Shown here: positions 36,200-44,388 of the stretch, piece by piece
Position numbering within the stretch: position 1 is the first letter of the stretch
Layout of the letters: every line of letters starts with the position of its first letter
Translations under genes and position numbers: made by a program
NCBI GenBank assembly: GCA_024643655.1
Contig: JAHEMM010000004.1
Span: forward strand, 20,095 to 84,094
DNA from: Chitinophagaceae bacterium
GTDB lineage: Bacteria > Bacteroidota > Bacteroidia > Chitinophagales > Chitinophagaceae
Direction of reading: 5' to 3'
DNA length: 64,000 bases
Notes under the pieces: generated by a model
The model's input: the letters and a program-made list of their open reading frames with translations, nothing else
What the model was told of the DNA's origin: nothing
The model's database searches: none

Positions 36200-39142
36200 A
36201 TGTCCTTTCATCGATTTATGAGGTTTAAAAATTTTAAAAAATATCTGCTTTCTTATATCGTAATTTTTGCAATTAATACTGTAAACGCACAAGTTGGATT
36301 ATGTCCATCCAATCTGGATTTTGAGATGGGAGATTTTACGAATTGGCAATGTCAGGCTGGCACTGTAGATCCCATTGGCAGGCTTATACTTTCACCAACA
36401 GCTCCAATTCCTGGTAGGCATAGCATTATTACCGCTGCTACTGCTGGTAATGATGTTTGGGGTCGCTTTCCTGAAATTTGCCCCAATGGAAGTGGATTTA
36501 GCGTAAAGCTTGGCAACAGCGGAGGAGGGCATGAGGCGGAAGGGATGTCTTATACGTACACAATTCCTTCTACGTTAACAAATTTTTCAATGCTCTTTCA
36601 TTATGCAGTTGTACTTCAAGACCCTAGTCATCAGGCTTTTGAGCAACCAAGATTCAGGGCTAGAATTACAGATGTATCAACTGGATTGCCGATTCCCTGC
36701 GTAGATTTTGACTTTATTGCTTCAGCCTCCCTTCCTGGATTTTTGCCTTCTCCCTTAGGGCAAAATGTTTTTTATAAAAACTGGACACCGATAACGATTA
36801 ATTTAACCGCTTTTATAGGAAGAACAATAAAACTTGAATTTATCACGAATGATTGTGTTTACCAGCAACATTTTGGGTATGCTTATGTGGATGTAAACAC
36901 AAATTGTAATGGCGCAATAACAGGTAATTATATTTGTCCGGGTGAATCTTCAATAACTCTTTCAGCTCCGTTTGGTTTTCAAAGTTATAAATGGTATTCT
37001 GATAATACATTTACAACAATACTCTCCAATACACAGACTTTAAATTTGACCCCAGCCCCATCAGTTGGTTCAGTATTTCCCGTTATTGTAGAACCTTATA
37101 CAGGATTTGGATGCAGAGATACTTTGTATGCAACAGTTTCCGTAGCACCGGCTCCAACAGCAAATGCAGGACCTGATATAGATATTTGTCGTGCTCAGCA
37201 GATTCAAATTGGCAGTACTCCTAATTCAATTTATTCTTATGCCTGGACACCTGCAGCACAAGTATCAAATCCATTTTCTTCAAACCCTTTAGCCTGGGTA
37301 CTTACGACTAATCCAGAGGAGTTTATTGTAAAAACAACAGATATCCTAACCGGATGTGTGGCATATGACACAACTTATATTACGCCAAAGTTTGTAGATA
37401 CTGCAATTCGCTTAAGCGGAAAAGATACTTATTGTGCTGGCGATCCTTTGGCTGGCTCTTTATCAGTAAATAATATTCTTTCATCAGTACAGTGGTATAA
37501 TGGAAATACTCCAATACCCGGAGCTACCAACTTTATCTATCAACCAACAGTATCTGGTAACTACTGGGCTCAAGTACAACAAAACGGTTGTACAGATACA
37601 ACAGTTTCTTTTCCATTTATTGTAAATCCTAAACCTATATCCTTTGCGGGACCAGATGCTAGTATATGTACTAACAATGAAACTATACAACTTGGAACTT
37701 CATCTAACCCGGCATATAATTATTCCTGGTCTCCTGCAACTCAAGTGAGTGATGCTTCTATCAGCAATCCGAATGCATGGACAATAGGTTCTACAACTAC
37801 AGAATTTATTGTAGAAACAAGTGATGCAATAACAGGTTGTATTTCTTATGATACTACTTATATATCAGGAAGGGTAGTTGATACTTCTCTTTTACGAATT
37901 GGCAAAAACATATTTTGTAATAATGACCCTGATTGGGGAACATTAAATGTAAGTAATGCTCTTTCTTCAGTTCAATGGTATGATAATGTTACACCAATAC
38001 CGGGGGCAACTGCTTTTAATTTTCGACCTTTAGTAACCGGAAATTATTGGGCTGAAGTTCAACAAAATGGCTGTACTGATTCTACACTTACAATACCTTT
38101 TAATATTAACGCAATACCACAAGTTTTATTTACGCCGAGTAGTGATACAGGTTGTGTAACCAATAATTCCTTTCTATTTACCAATAATTCTGTTGTAAGT
38201 GATGGTGCTGCTTTAAATCATTTGTGGAAATTTAGCGATGGAACAATACAGACAATTACAGATGCTGTAAAATCATTTAATAAAGCAGGCAATTATTCTG
38301 TAAAATTAATTACGACGACTGCTTTTGGTTGTGTTGACAGCTCTAGTAATTCAGTAATACATGTACTTCCTAATGGCAAGGCTAATTTTAATTGGGATTC
38401 TATTTGTATAAACCGTCCGGTTTCATTTTATAATTTAAGTAATGAAAACGGATCATCGCTTGTGCAATATAATTGGACATTTAATAACGGTGTGCCTTCA
38501 TCAACTATTAAAAACCCTTTGCCAGTTATTTATCCATCTTCAGGTCAAACTGATGTGACATTATTAATCACCGCATTGGGCTGCGAGAATGATCCTGATT
38601 CTATTACAAAACGGGTGCAAATAAATGTACAAAAGCCAGGTATCACTTATAGAACAATTACAGTAGCTCAGGACTATTCTCAGTTTATTCATGTAAGAGA
38701 TAGTGTCGGGAAAATTTATAATTGGCGGCCACAAACACAATTGAGCAGTTATAATACACAATACACTGAATTTAGAGCCGTTAATGATGTTCGGTATCTG
38801 ATTGATATAACAGATAAGCATACCTGTGTTACAACTGACACAATGCAAATACTTGTATTGAAGAAGCCTGGATATTATCTCCCAACGGCCTTTACTCCAA
38901 ATGGGGATGGTCTTAATGATAAAGCAATACCTTATTTAGTGGGCTTGAAATCATTGAAGAGCTTTTCTATTTTTAATCGATGGGGAGGATTAGTTTACTA
39001 TACACAAACAGAGGGACAAGGATGGGATGGAAAATATAAAGGTGTTCCTCAAAGTCCCGGAGTTTTTGTATGGGTGCTGGAGTTTATAGATGATACAAAT
39101 AAAACTGTAACTGAAAAAGGTACTATTGCAATTATTCGGTAA
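36200..39142 (+). CDS. T9SS type-B C-terminal-domain (gliding motility-associated CTD) cell-surface protein with PKD-like modules
   Basis: About 980 aa. It has a signal peptide, an N-terminal domain of about 320 aa, two 160-aa tandem modules and PKD-like modules (WKFSDG, WTFNNG). The C-terminus FTPNGDGLND…FNRWGGLVY…WDGKYKG…GTIAIIR is typical of the TIGR04131-type CTD. The start could be TTG 36197, ATG 36200 or ATG 36218. Confidence 0.85.
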   Translation: MSFHRFMRFKNFKKYLLSYIVIFAINTVNAQVGLCPSNLDFEMGDFTNWQCQAGTVDPIGRLILSPTAPIPGRHSIITAATAGNDVWGRFPEICPNGSGFSVKLGNSGGGHEAEGMSYTYTIPSTLTNFSMLFHYAVVLQDPSHQAFEQPRFRARITDVSTGLPIPCVDFDFIASASLPGFLPSPLGQNVFYKNWTPITINLTAFIGRTIKLEFITNDCVYQQHFGYAYVDVNTNCNGAITGNYICPGESSITLSAPFGFQSYKWYSDNTFTTILSNTQTLNLTPAPSVGSVFPVIVEPYTGFGCRDTLYATVSVAPAPTANAGPDIDICRAQQIQIGSTPNSIYSYAWTPAAQVSNPFSSNPLAWVLTTNPEEFIVKTTDILTGCVAYDTTYITPKFVDTAIRLSGKDTYCAGDPLAGSLSVNNILSSVQWYNGNTPIPGATNFIYQPTVSGNYWAQVQQNGCTDTTVSFPFIVNPKPISFAGPDASICTNNETIQLGTSSNPAYNYSWSPATQVSDASISNPNAWTIGSTTTEFIVETSDAITGCISYDTTYISGRVVDTSLLRIGKNIFCNNDPDWGTLNVSNALSSVQWYDNVTPIPGATAFNFRPLVTGNYWAEVQQNGCTDSTLTIPFNINAIPQVLFTPSSDTGCVTNNSFLFTNNSVVSDGAALNHLWKFSDGTIQTITDAVKSFNKAGNYSVKLITTTAFGCVDSSSNSVIHVLPNGKANFNWDSICINRPVSFYNLSNENGSSLVQYNWTFNNGVPSSTIKNPLPVIYPSSGQTDVTLLITALGCENDPDSITKRVQINVQKPGITYRTITVAQDYSQFIHVRDSVGKIYNWRPQTQLSSYNTQYTEFRAVNDVRYLIDITDKHTCVTTDTMQILVLKKPGYYLPTAFTPNGDGLNDKAIPYLVGLKSLKSFSIFNRWGGLVYYTQTEGQGWDGKYKGVPQSPGVFVWVLEFIDDTNKTVTEKGTIAIIR
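37166..38125 (+). repeat. diverged tandem duplication, 2 x 480 nt (2 x 160 aa), inside the T9SS cargo gene
   Basis: Unit 1 (37166-37645) begins AGPDIDIC and unit 2 (37646-38125) begins AGPDASIC. The units align without gaps. By eye roughly half of residues are identical, including SSVQWY..TPIPGAT, GNYWA.VQQNGCTD and TGC..YDTTYI. Confidence 0.85.
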
Positions 39143-39214
39143 TACTTCAGACTTTAACTCGACCCTCTGCGGTTAAGGGAAAATGAAGGGGTGAGTTGTG
39201 GTGCGGGAAATTAA

Positions 39215-39604
39215 ATCAATGTTGACGATAAATACATTACTGGTGTTTGGAATTCTTATGCTTATTTCAAGTCACTGTTTAAAGACATATTGGATCCTGC
39301 TATGTATCAGGAAATCGATATAGCGATTGCTAAAGGATTTACTGCCGATGAATTGCAAAAGACAAAGGCTGGGTATGCAGAACAATCAAGAACTTCGCTT
39401 GGTAATAATGCAGGCATAGCATCAATACGTCATTCTTTCTTAATGAATAATAGAAATTTGATTGAGTTTTTTCAGTTTGATAAAAAATAAAAATCTAACT
39501 CTTGATCAGGTAAATACAGCTTTGATAAATCAAAGCTGGTAATGATATATGCTGGTGATTTTCAAAAAAAAACAGATAAACCAGTTGAGAAAAAAGGATT
39601 TTAG
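39215..39604 (+). pseudogene. C-terminal remnant of an M16 (pitrilysin/insulinase) family peptidase gene, frameshifted
   Basis: Frame 2 reads INVDDKYITGVWNSYAYFKSLFKDILDPAMYQEIDIAIAKGFTADELQKTKAGYAEQSRTSLGNNAGIASIRHSFLMNNRNLIEFFQFDKK*. After an A-run the sense continues in another frame (KNLTLDQVNTALINQSW*), then returns to frame 2 (KLVMIYAGDFQKKTDKPVEKKGF*). This pattern matches the last ~125 aa of Bacteroidota M16 peptidases (…GFT..EL..AK.G…LT..QVN.A…AGDF). The N-terminal catalytic part is absent. Confidence 0.6.
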
Positions 39605-40506
39605 TTCGTTAAAGTTTTAAAAATGTTTTCAAGGCTTTGATTTTCGCTTTGTAATGAAACAATATTTAAGTTTTTATCAATAGAAAGTTGCAGAAGTTGT
39701 TTTTTTACCGATTCTGCATCAGCGCATTGAATGTTGAATATTGAACCTTGAATATTTATTGCTGACTCAACATTTTTTAGATTTGTAATCCATGAAGCTT
39801 CAATGGGCTCTTTAAATTCTACTTTTACGGATTGTTGCGATGCTGATAATTTTTGGAGATTACTTAGTTTGTCATCAGCTACCAATACCCCTTTATTTAT
39901 TATTATTACCCGATCACAAATGGCTTCTACTTCTTGTAATATATGTGAAGAAAAGAGAACAGTTTTATGCTGACCTTGTTTCTTTATCACATCTCTAATT
40001 TCGATAATCTGATTGGGGTCAAGGCCAGAAGTAGGTTCATCTAATATTAAAACTTCGGGGTCATGAATCAAAGCAGCAGCTAATCCTACTCTTTGTTTGT
40101 ATCCCTTTGATAATTGCCCAATTTTCTTTTTGGATTCAACAGACAGACCGGTAAGTTCTATTACATTTTCAATTTTCTTTTTTGCATCATATACTTTATG
40201 TACTGCTGATACAAACGCTAAATATTCTTTCACATACATATCATAATACAAGGCATTTAATTCAGGTAAGTAGCCAATTTTCTTTTTTGTTGCTAATGGA
40301 TCTTCTGACACATTAATACCACAAACAAAGGCTTCGCCGCTGGTTTGCTGCAAGTAGCCTGTTATTATTTTCATAGTGGTCGATTTGCCTGCACCATTTG
40401 GTCCCAGGAATCCAACAATTTCCCCTCTTTCTATTTTAAAAGAAATGCCGTTTACAGCATTTTGCTCGCCATAGGTTTTAAGTAAATTTTTAATTTCAAT
40501 TGACAT
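39601..40506 (-). CDS. gldA: gliding motility-associated ABC transporter ATP-binding subunit GldA
   Basis: 301 aa. It closely follows my memory of Flavobacterium johnsoniae GldA (MSIE..N..K.YGEQ.A.N.ISF.I.KGEIVGFLGPNGAGKST, QLSKGY.QRVGLA.AL.H.P.VLILDEPT.GLDPNQ, EVEAICDRVIIINKG). Confidence 0.85.
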   Translation of the reverse strand: MSIEIKNLLKTYGEQNAVNGISFKIERGEIVGFLGPNGAGKSTTMKIITGYLQQTSGEAFVCGINVSEDPLATKKKIGYLPELNALYYDMYVKEYLAFVSAVHKVYDAKKKIENVIELTGLSVESKKKIGQLSKGYKQRVGLAAALIHDPEVLILDEPTSGLDPNQIIEIRDVIKKQGQHKTVLFSSHILQEVEAICDRVIIINKGVLVADDKLSNLQKLSASQQSVKVEFKEPIEASWITNLKNVESAINIQGSIFNIQCADAESVKKQLLQLSIDKNLNIVSLQSENQSLENIFKTLTN

Positions 40507-40678
40507 ATAGCAAACCTACACAAAAGTTTAATTGAAAAGCAAACCAAATAATCTTCTTAAATACATAGTTGTAATGACTAAAGATTAACCTAAACTATTT
40601 TGTTAGAATATACTTATTGATTTGCAGTATCTTTCTGTAATATAAAAGGCAGGAAAGCACTAATTTTAAATTGAACTT

Positions 40679-42322
40679 ATGAAGATTATTAAATTTACCA
40701 AAGGTGATTTTTTTGGTGGCCTCACTGCTGGAATTGTAGCCTTGCCATTAGCATTAGCTTTTGGAGTACAGTCGGGCTTGGGTGCTGCCGCAGGTTTATA
40801 TGGAGCCATTTTTCTTGGTTTTTTTGCAGCCATTTTTGGAGGAACTCCAACGCAAATAAGTGGACCAACAGGACCAATGACAGTTGTTTCGGCTGCAACA
40901 ATTTCATTATTTCTTGCTGCTTCTACAGATGGAACTATTGAATCCGTAATGGGGGCTATTATTGCCAGCTTTCTCTTAGCAGGTTTATTACAGATATTAA
41001 TGGGAGTTTTTAAAATTGGTTCTTTAATAAAATTTATTCCTTACCCTGTAATTTCAGGATTTATGAGTGGAATAGGAGTTATTATTATTTTACTTCAATT
41101 ATTCCCCGCCATCGGATTGGCATCCCCTAAAACAACTATAGATGTTGTACAAGAAATAATACCAGCAGTAAGTAATATAAACACTTGGGCAATTATTTAT
41201 GCTGTATTAACTATTTTAATTATTTACCTTTTCCCTAAACTTACAAAAGCAGTTCCGAGCACTCTTGTGGCATTGATTGCTATTACAATTCTCAGTGTAA
41301 TACTTGATAAAGCAGTTCCTATTATAGGTGATATACCACAAGGATTGCCACCAATAAATCTGGGAGGAATATTAACGATTAAACCTTCATTTTATACGAT
41401 GATTTTGGAAGCTGGTGTTACTTTAGCTGCATTAGGGGCAATAGATTCTTTATTAACATCAGTAGTGGCAGACAATGTAACTAAAACAAAACACAATAGT
41501 AATAAGGAATTGATCGGACAAGGAATTGGTAATTCTATCGCTGGTTTATTTGGCGGATTGCCTGGTGCTGGCGCTACTATGAGAACACTTGTTAATATCC
41601 GATCTGGGGGCAGAAACAGAATATCAGGTGTCATTCACGCATTAGTATTAATGATTGTATTATTTGGAGCCGGAAAATATGCAGCATTGATCCCTAAATC
41701 AGTATTAGCAGGAATACTAATAACAGTTGGTATTGGCATTCTCGATTACAAAGGGTTTAAACATATTAATAAAGTTCCAATAGCAGATGCTGTTATCATG
41801 ATTATTGTTTTATTAGTAACTGTGTTTCTCGACTTATTAGTTGCCGTGGCATTAGGAATGGTACTTGCTGCATTCATATTTATGAAAAAAATGAGTGACA
41901 TAGCAGAAGAAAAAACAACAGTTACAGATTGGATAGACTTAAAACTAGAAGAGGGGTGGAGTGATGAATTGATACCCGATAACATCGAAAAGAATATTGT
42001 AATAAAACATCTGGATGGGCCATTGTTTTTTGGTTTTGCGTCTGGATTTACTGATAGAGTAGCTAAAGTAAAAGATATTCGTTATGTTATTATACGAATG
42101 GAGAAAGTTCCATTTATTGATCAAACAGGTCTGTATGCATTAGAAGAAGCAATCTTATCATTAGAACAAAGAGATATTGAAGTATTGCTCACTGGTTTAC
42201 AATTGCAACCTAAAGGCAGAATGGAGCGAATAAAAATTATCCCAGACCTGGTTAGAAAAGATAATATTTTTAAGACGTTTACTGATTGTATAAATTGGCT
42301 TAGTCACAAGCATTCCAGTTAA
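40679..42322 (+). CDS. SulP family inorganic anion transporter with C-terminal STAS domain
   Basis: 547 aa with a polytopic SulP core (GGTPTQISGPTGPMTVV) and a STAS domain (HLDGPLFFG…VPFIDQTGLYALEE). Confidence 0.9.
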   Translation: MKIIKFTKGDFFGGLTAGIVALPLALAFGVQSGLGAAAGLYGAIFLGFFAAIFGGTPTQISGPTGPMTVVSAATISLFLAASTDGTIESVMGAIIASFLLAGLLQILMGVFKIGSLIKFIPYPVISGFMSGIGVIIILLQLFPAIGLASPKTTIDVVQEIIPAVSNINTWAIIYAVLTILIIYLFPKLTKAVPSTLVALIAITILSVILDKAVPIIGDIPQGLPPINLGGILTIKPSFYTMILEAGVTLAALGAIDSLLTSVVADNVTKTKHNSNKELIGQGIGNSIAGLFGGLPGAGATMRTLVNIRSGGRNRISGVIHALVLMIVLFGAGKYAALIPKSVLAGILITVGIGILDYKGFKHINKVPIADAVIMIIVLLVTVFLDLLVAVALGMVLAAFIFMKKMSDIAEEKTTVTDWIDLKLEEGWSDELIPDNIEKNIVIKHLDGPLFFGFASGFTDRVAKVKDIRYVIIRMEKVPFIDQTGLYALEEAILSLEQRDIEVLLTGLQLQPKGRMERIKIIPDLVRKDNIFKTFTDCINWLSHKHSS

Positions 42323-42325
42323 CGT

Positions 42326-42351
42326 AAAGCCGGTTGAAACTAACCGGCTTT
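42326..42351. terminator. bidirectional rho-independent terminator between SulP and carbonic anhydrase genes
   Basis: aaagccggtt / aaccggcttt form a 10-bp perfect stem with loop gaaact. It is flanked by A/T runs on both sides and fills the 34-nt convergent gap. Confidence 0.85.
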
Positions 42352-42356
42352 ATATT

Positions 42357-42992
42357 TTATAGATTATCATACTCGTAAATTGGATCAATATGTGTATTGG
42401 CTTTCATTTCAAAAACAGGGTTAATAATTCCATCTTTTAATCCATAGACCCATCCATGAAGATCAGGACGGTTTTCGTTTTTCCATGCCCGTTGAATAAT
42501 TGATGATTTTGCAAGATTCATTACCTGCTCCTGCACATTTAATTCTACTAATCGATCGATCCGTAGGTCTTCATCTTTTATAGCATCAAGTTCATTTCTA
42601 TGAATACGATATATATCTTTAATATTACGAAGCCACATATTTAATACCTGATTGAAATCGTTGTTAGTTGTTGCTGCTTTTACACCACCACAGCCATAAT
42701 GCCCGCATACAATCACATGTTTTATTTTTAAATGGTTGACAGCATAATCTAAAACACTTAATAGATTCACATCAGTATTAATCACCAAATTGGCAACATT
42801 TCGGTGAATAAAAATTTCTCCAGGTTGAGTTTGAGTAATCTCATTTGGCGGCACACGGCTATCACTACAGCCGATCCATAAGAACTCCGGTGTTTGAACA
42901 TGAAGGAGGTTTTCAAAAAAATCAGGTTTATTGTTAATTTTATCTATCGCCCAGAATTTATTTTCTTTCAATAGTTTTTGATACGATTCCAT
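42357..42992 (-). CDS. can: beta-class carbonic anhydrase
   Basis: 211 aa with zinc-ligand motifs CSDSR and HYGCGG. Confidence 0.9.
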   Translation of the reverse strand: MESYQKLLKENKFWAIDKINNKPDFFENLLHVQTPEFLWIGCSDSRVPPNEITQTQPGEIFIHRNVANLVINTDVNLLSVLDYAVNHLKIKHVIVCGHYGCGGVKAATTNNDFNQVLNMWLRNIKDIYRIHRNELDAIKDEDLRIDRLVELNVQEQVMNLAKSSIIQRAWKNENRPDLHGWVYGLKDGIINPVFEMKANTHIDPIYEYDNL

Positions 42993-43012
42993 ATATAATA
43001 GATTAGTATAAT

Positions 43013-43020
43013 CAAAAATA
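43013..43020 (-). promoter_or_regulatory. candidate -7 promoter element (TATTTTTG on minus strand) for can
   Basis: Plus-strand caaaaata, 20 nt upstream of the can ATG. Confidence 0.35.
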
Positions 43021-43090
43021 GAGTTAAATGTATTAATAACGAAGGTTGATTTATGGTTAATTAAAGCATATATTTAAATTGTTCATTAGT

Positions 43091-43098
43091 TATATTTG
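43091..43098 (+). promoter_or_regulatory. candidate -7 promoter element TATATTTG for nhaD
   Basis: Matches TAnnTTTG. The ORF-track TTG start (43096) is part of this motif, which favours the ATG at 43111 as the true start. Confidence 0.35.
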
Positions 43099-43110
43099 CA
43101 CTTTATCGAT

Positions 43111-44388
43111 ATGGTTTTATTTATTTCAATTGTTTTTATTCTCGGATATGTGGCCATTACTTTGGAGCATTCAATAAAGCTCAATAAGGCTGCAACTGCC
43201 ATGCTAACAGGCGTATTGTGTTGGGCTATTTATGCATTATTTTCAACAGACTCCCATCATGTAAATGAACACCTGACCGGCCATCTGGGTGATGTAGCTG
43301 GTATTTTGTTTTTTCTTTTAGGCGCAATGACAATTGTAGAATTGATTGATGCCCACGATGGATTTCAGATTATTATCGATAAAATTCAAACTACAAATAA
43401 GCGAAAACTAGTTTGGAGTATTGCTTTCATTACATTTTTTTTATCAGCAGCGCTTGATAATCTTACCACTACAATTGTAATGGTGTCAATGCTTCGCAAA
43501 CTAGTTGAAGATAAAAGAGAAAGATGGATGTTTGCAGGTCTTATTATTATTGCGGCAAATGCAGGAGGTGCCTGGAGCCCGATAGGCGATGTTACAACAA
43601 CTATGTTGTGGATTGGAGAACAGGTTACCACCTGGAACATAATGTTGAAAACAATAATTCCTAGCCTGGTTTGTATGATAGTGCCGACCTATTTTATTGC
43701 CAGATCTATGAAAGGTGAGTTAGTTAAGCCGAAAATTAAAACTGATGCAAGTGAAATTACAAGTACTCCATTTGAAAGGAATCTTGTTTTCTTCTTCGGC
43801 GTGGGGGTACTACTTTTTGTTCCTGTTTTTAAAACGATTACCCATTTGCCACCATTTATGGGGATATTATTTGGTTTGAGTGTTTTATGGATTCTTACAG
43901 AAATAATTCATAGTGAAAAGGATGAGGTTGAAAAAGGAGTTCTTTCAGTTAATCATGCATTGAGAAAGATTGATACGCCAAGTGTACTCTTTTTTTTAGG
44001 CATATTATTGAGTATAGCAGCATTGGAAGTAACAGGTATATTAACCAATGCGGCTCAATTTATGGATAGTACAGTTGGCAACATAAATATTATAACTATT
44101 CTTATCGGCTTCTTTTCTGCAATTGTTGATAATGTACCATTAGTTGCTGCGGCTCAAGGAATGTATAGCATGGATATTTATCCTACTGATCATTATTTCT
44201 GGGAGTTTTTGGCCTATTGTGCAGGTACTGGCGGTAGCTGTTTAATAATAGGTTCGGCAGCAGGTGTTGCAGCTATGGGGCTCGAAAAAATAGATTTTTT
44301 CTGGTATGTAAAAAAAATAAGTCTACTTGCTCTTGTAGGGTATTTAACTGGCGCCGCAGTATATTTATTACAGAAGCAGTTATTTTAA
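43111..44388 (+). CDS. nhaD: NhaD-type sodium:proton antiporter
   Basis: About 425 aa polytopic protein with ArsB/NhaD-permease-like sequence (AALDNLTTT, ANAGGAWSPIGDVTTTMLW, VDNVPLV). I prefer the ATG at 43111 over the TTG at 43096. Confidence 0.85.
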   Translation: MVLFISIVFILGYVAITLEHSIKLNKAATAMLTGVLCWAIYALFSTDSHHVNEHLTGHLGDVAGILFFLLGAMTIVELIDAHDGFQIIIDKIQTTNKRKLVWSIAFITFFLSAALDNLTTTIVMVSMLRKLVEDKRERWMFAGLIIIAANAGGAWSPIGDVTTTMLWIGEQVTTWNIMLKTIIPSLVCMIVPTYFIARSMKGELVKPKIKTDASEITSTPFERNLVFFFGVGVLLFVPVFKTITHLPPFMGILFGLSVLWILTEIIHSEKDEVEKGVLSVNHALRKIDTPSVLFFLGILLSIAALEVTGILTNAAQFMDSTVGNINIITILIGFFSAIVDNVPLVAAAQGMYSMDIYPTDHYFWEFLAYCAGTGGSCLIIGSAAGVAAMGLEKIDFFWYVKKISLLALVGYLTGAAVYLLQKQLF

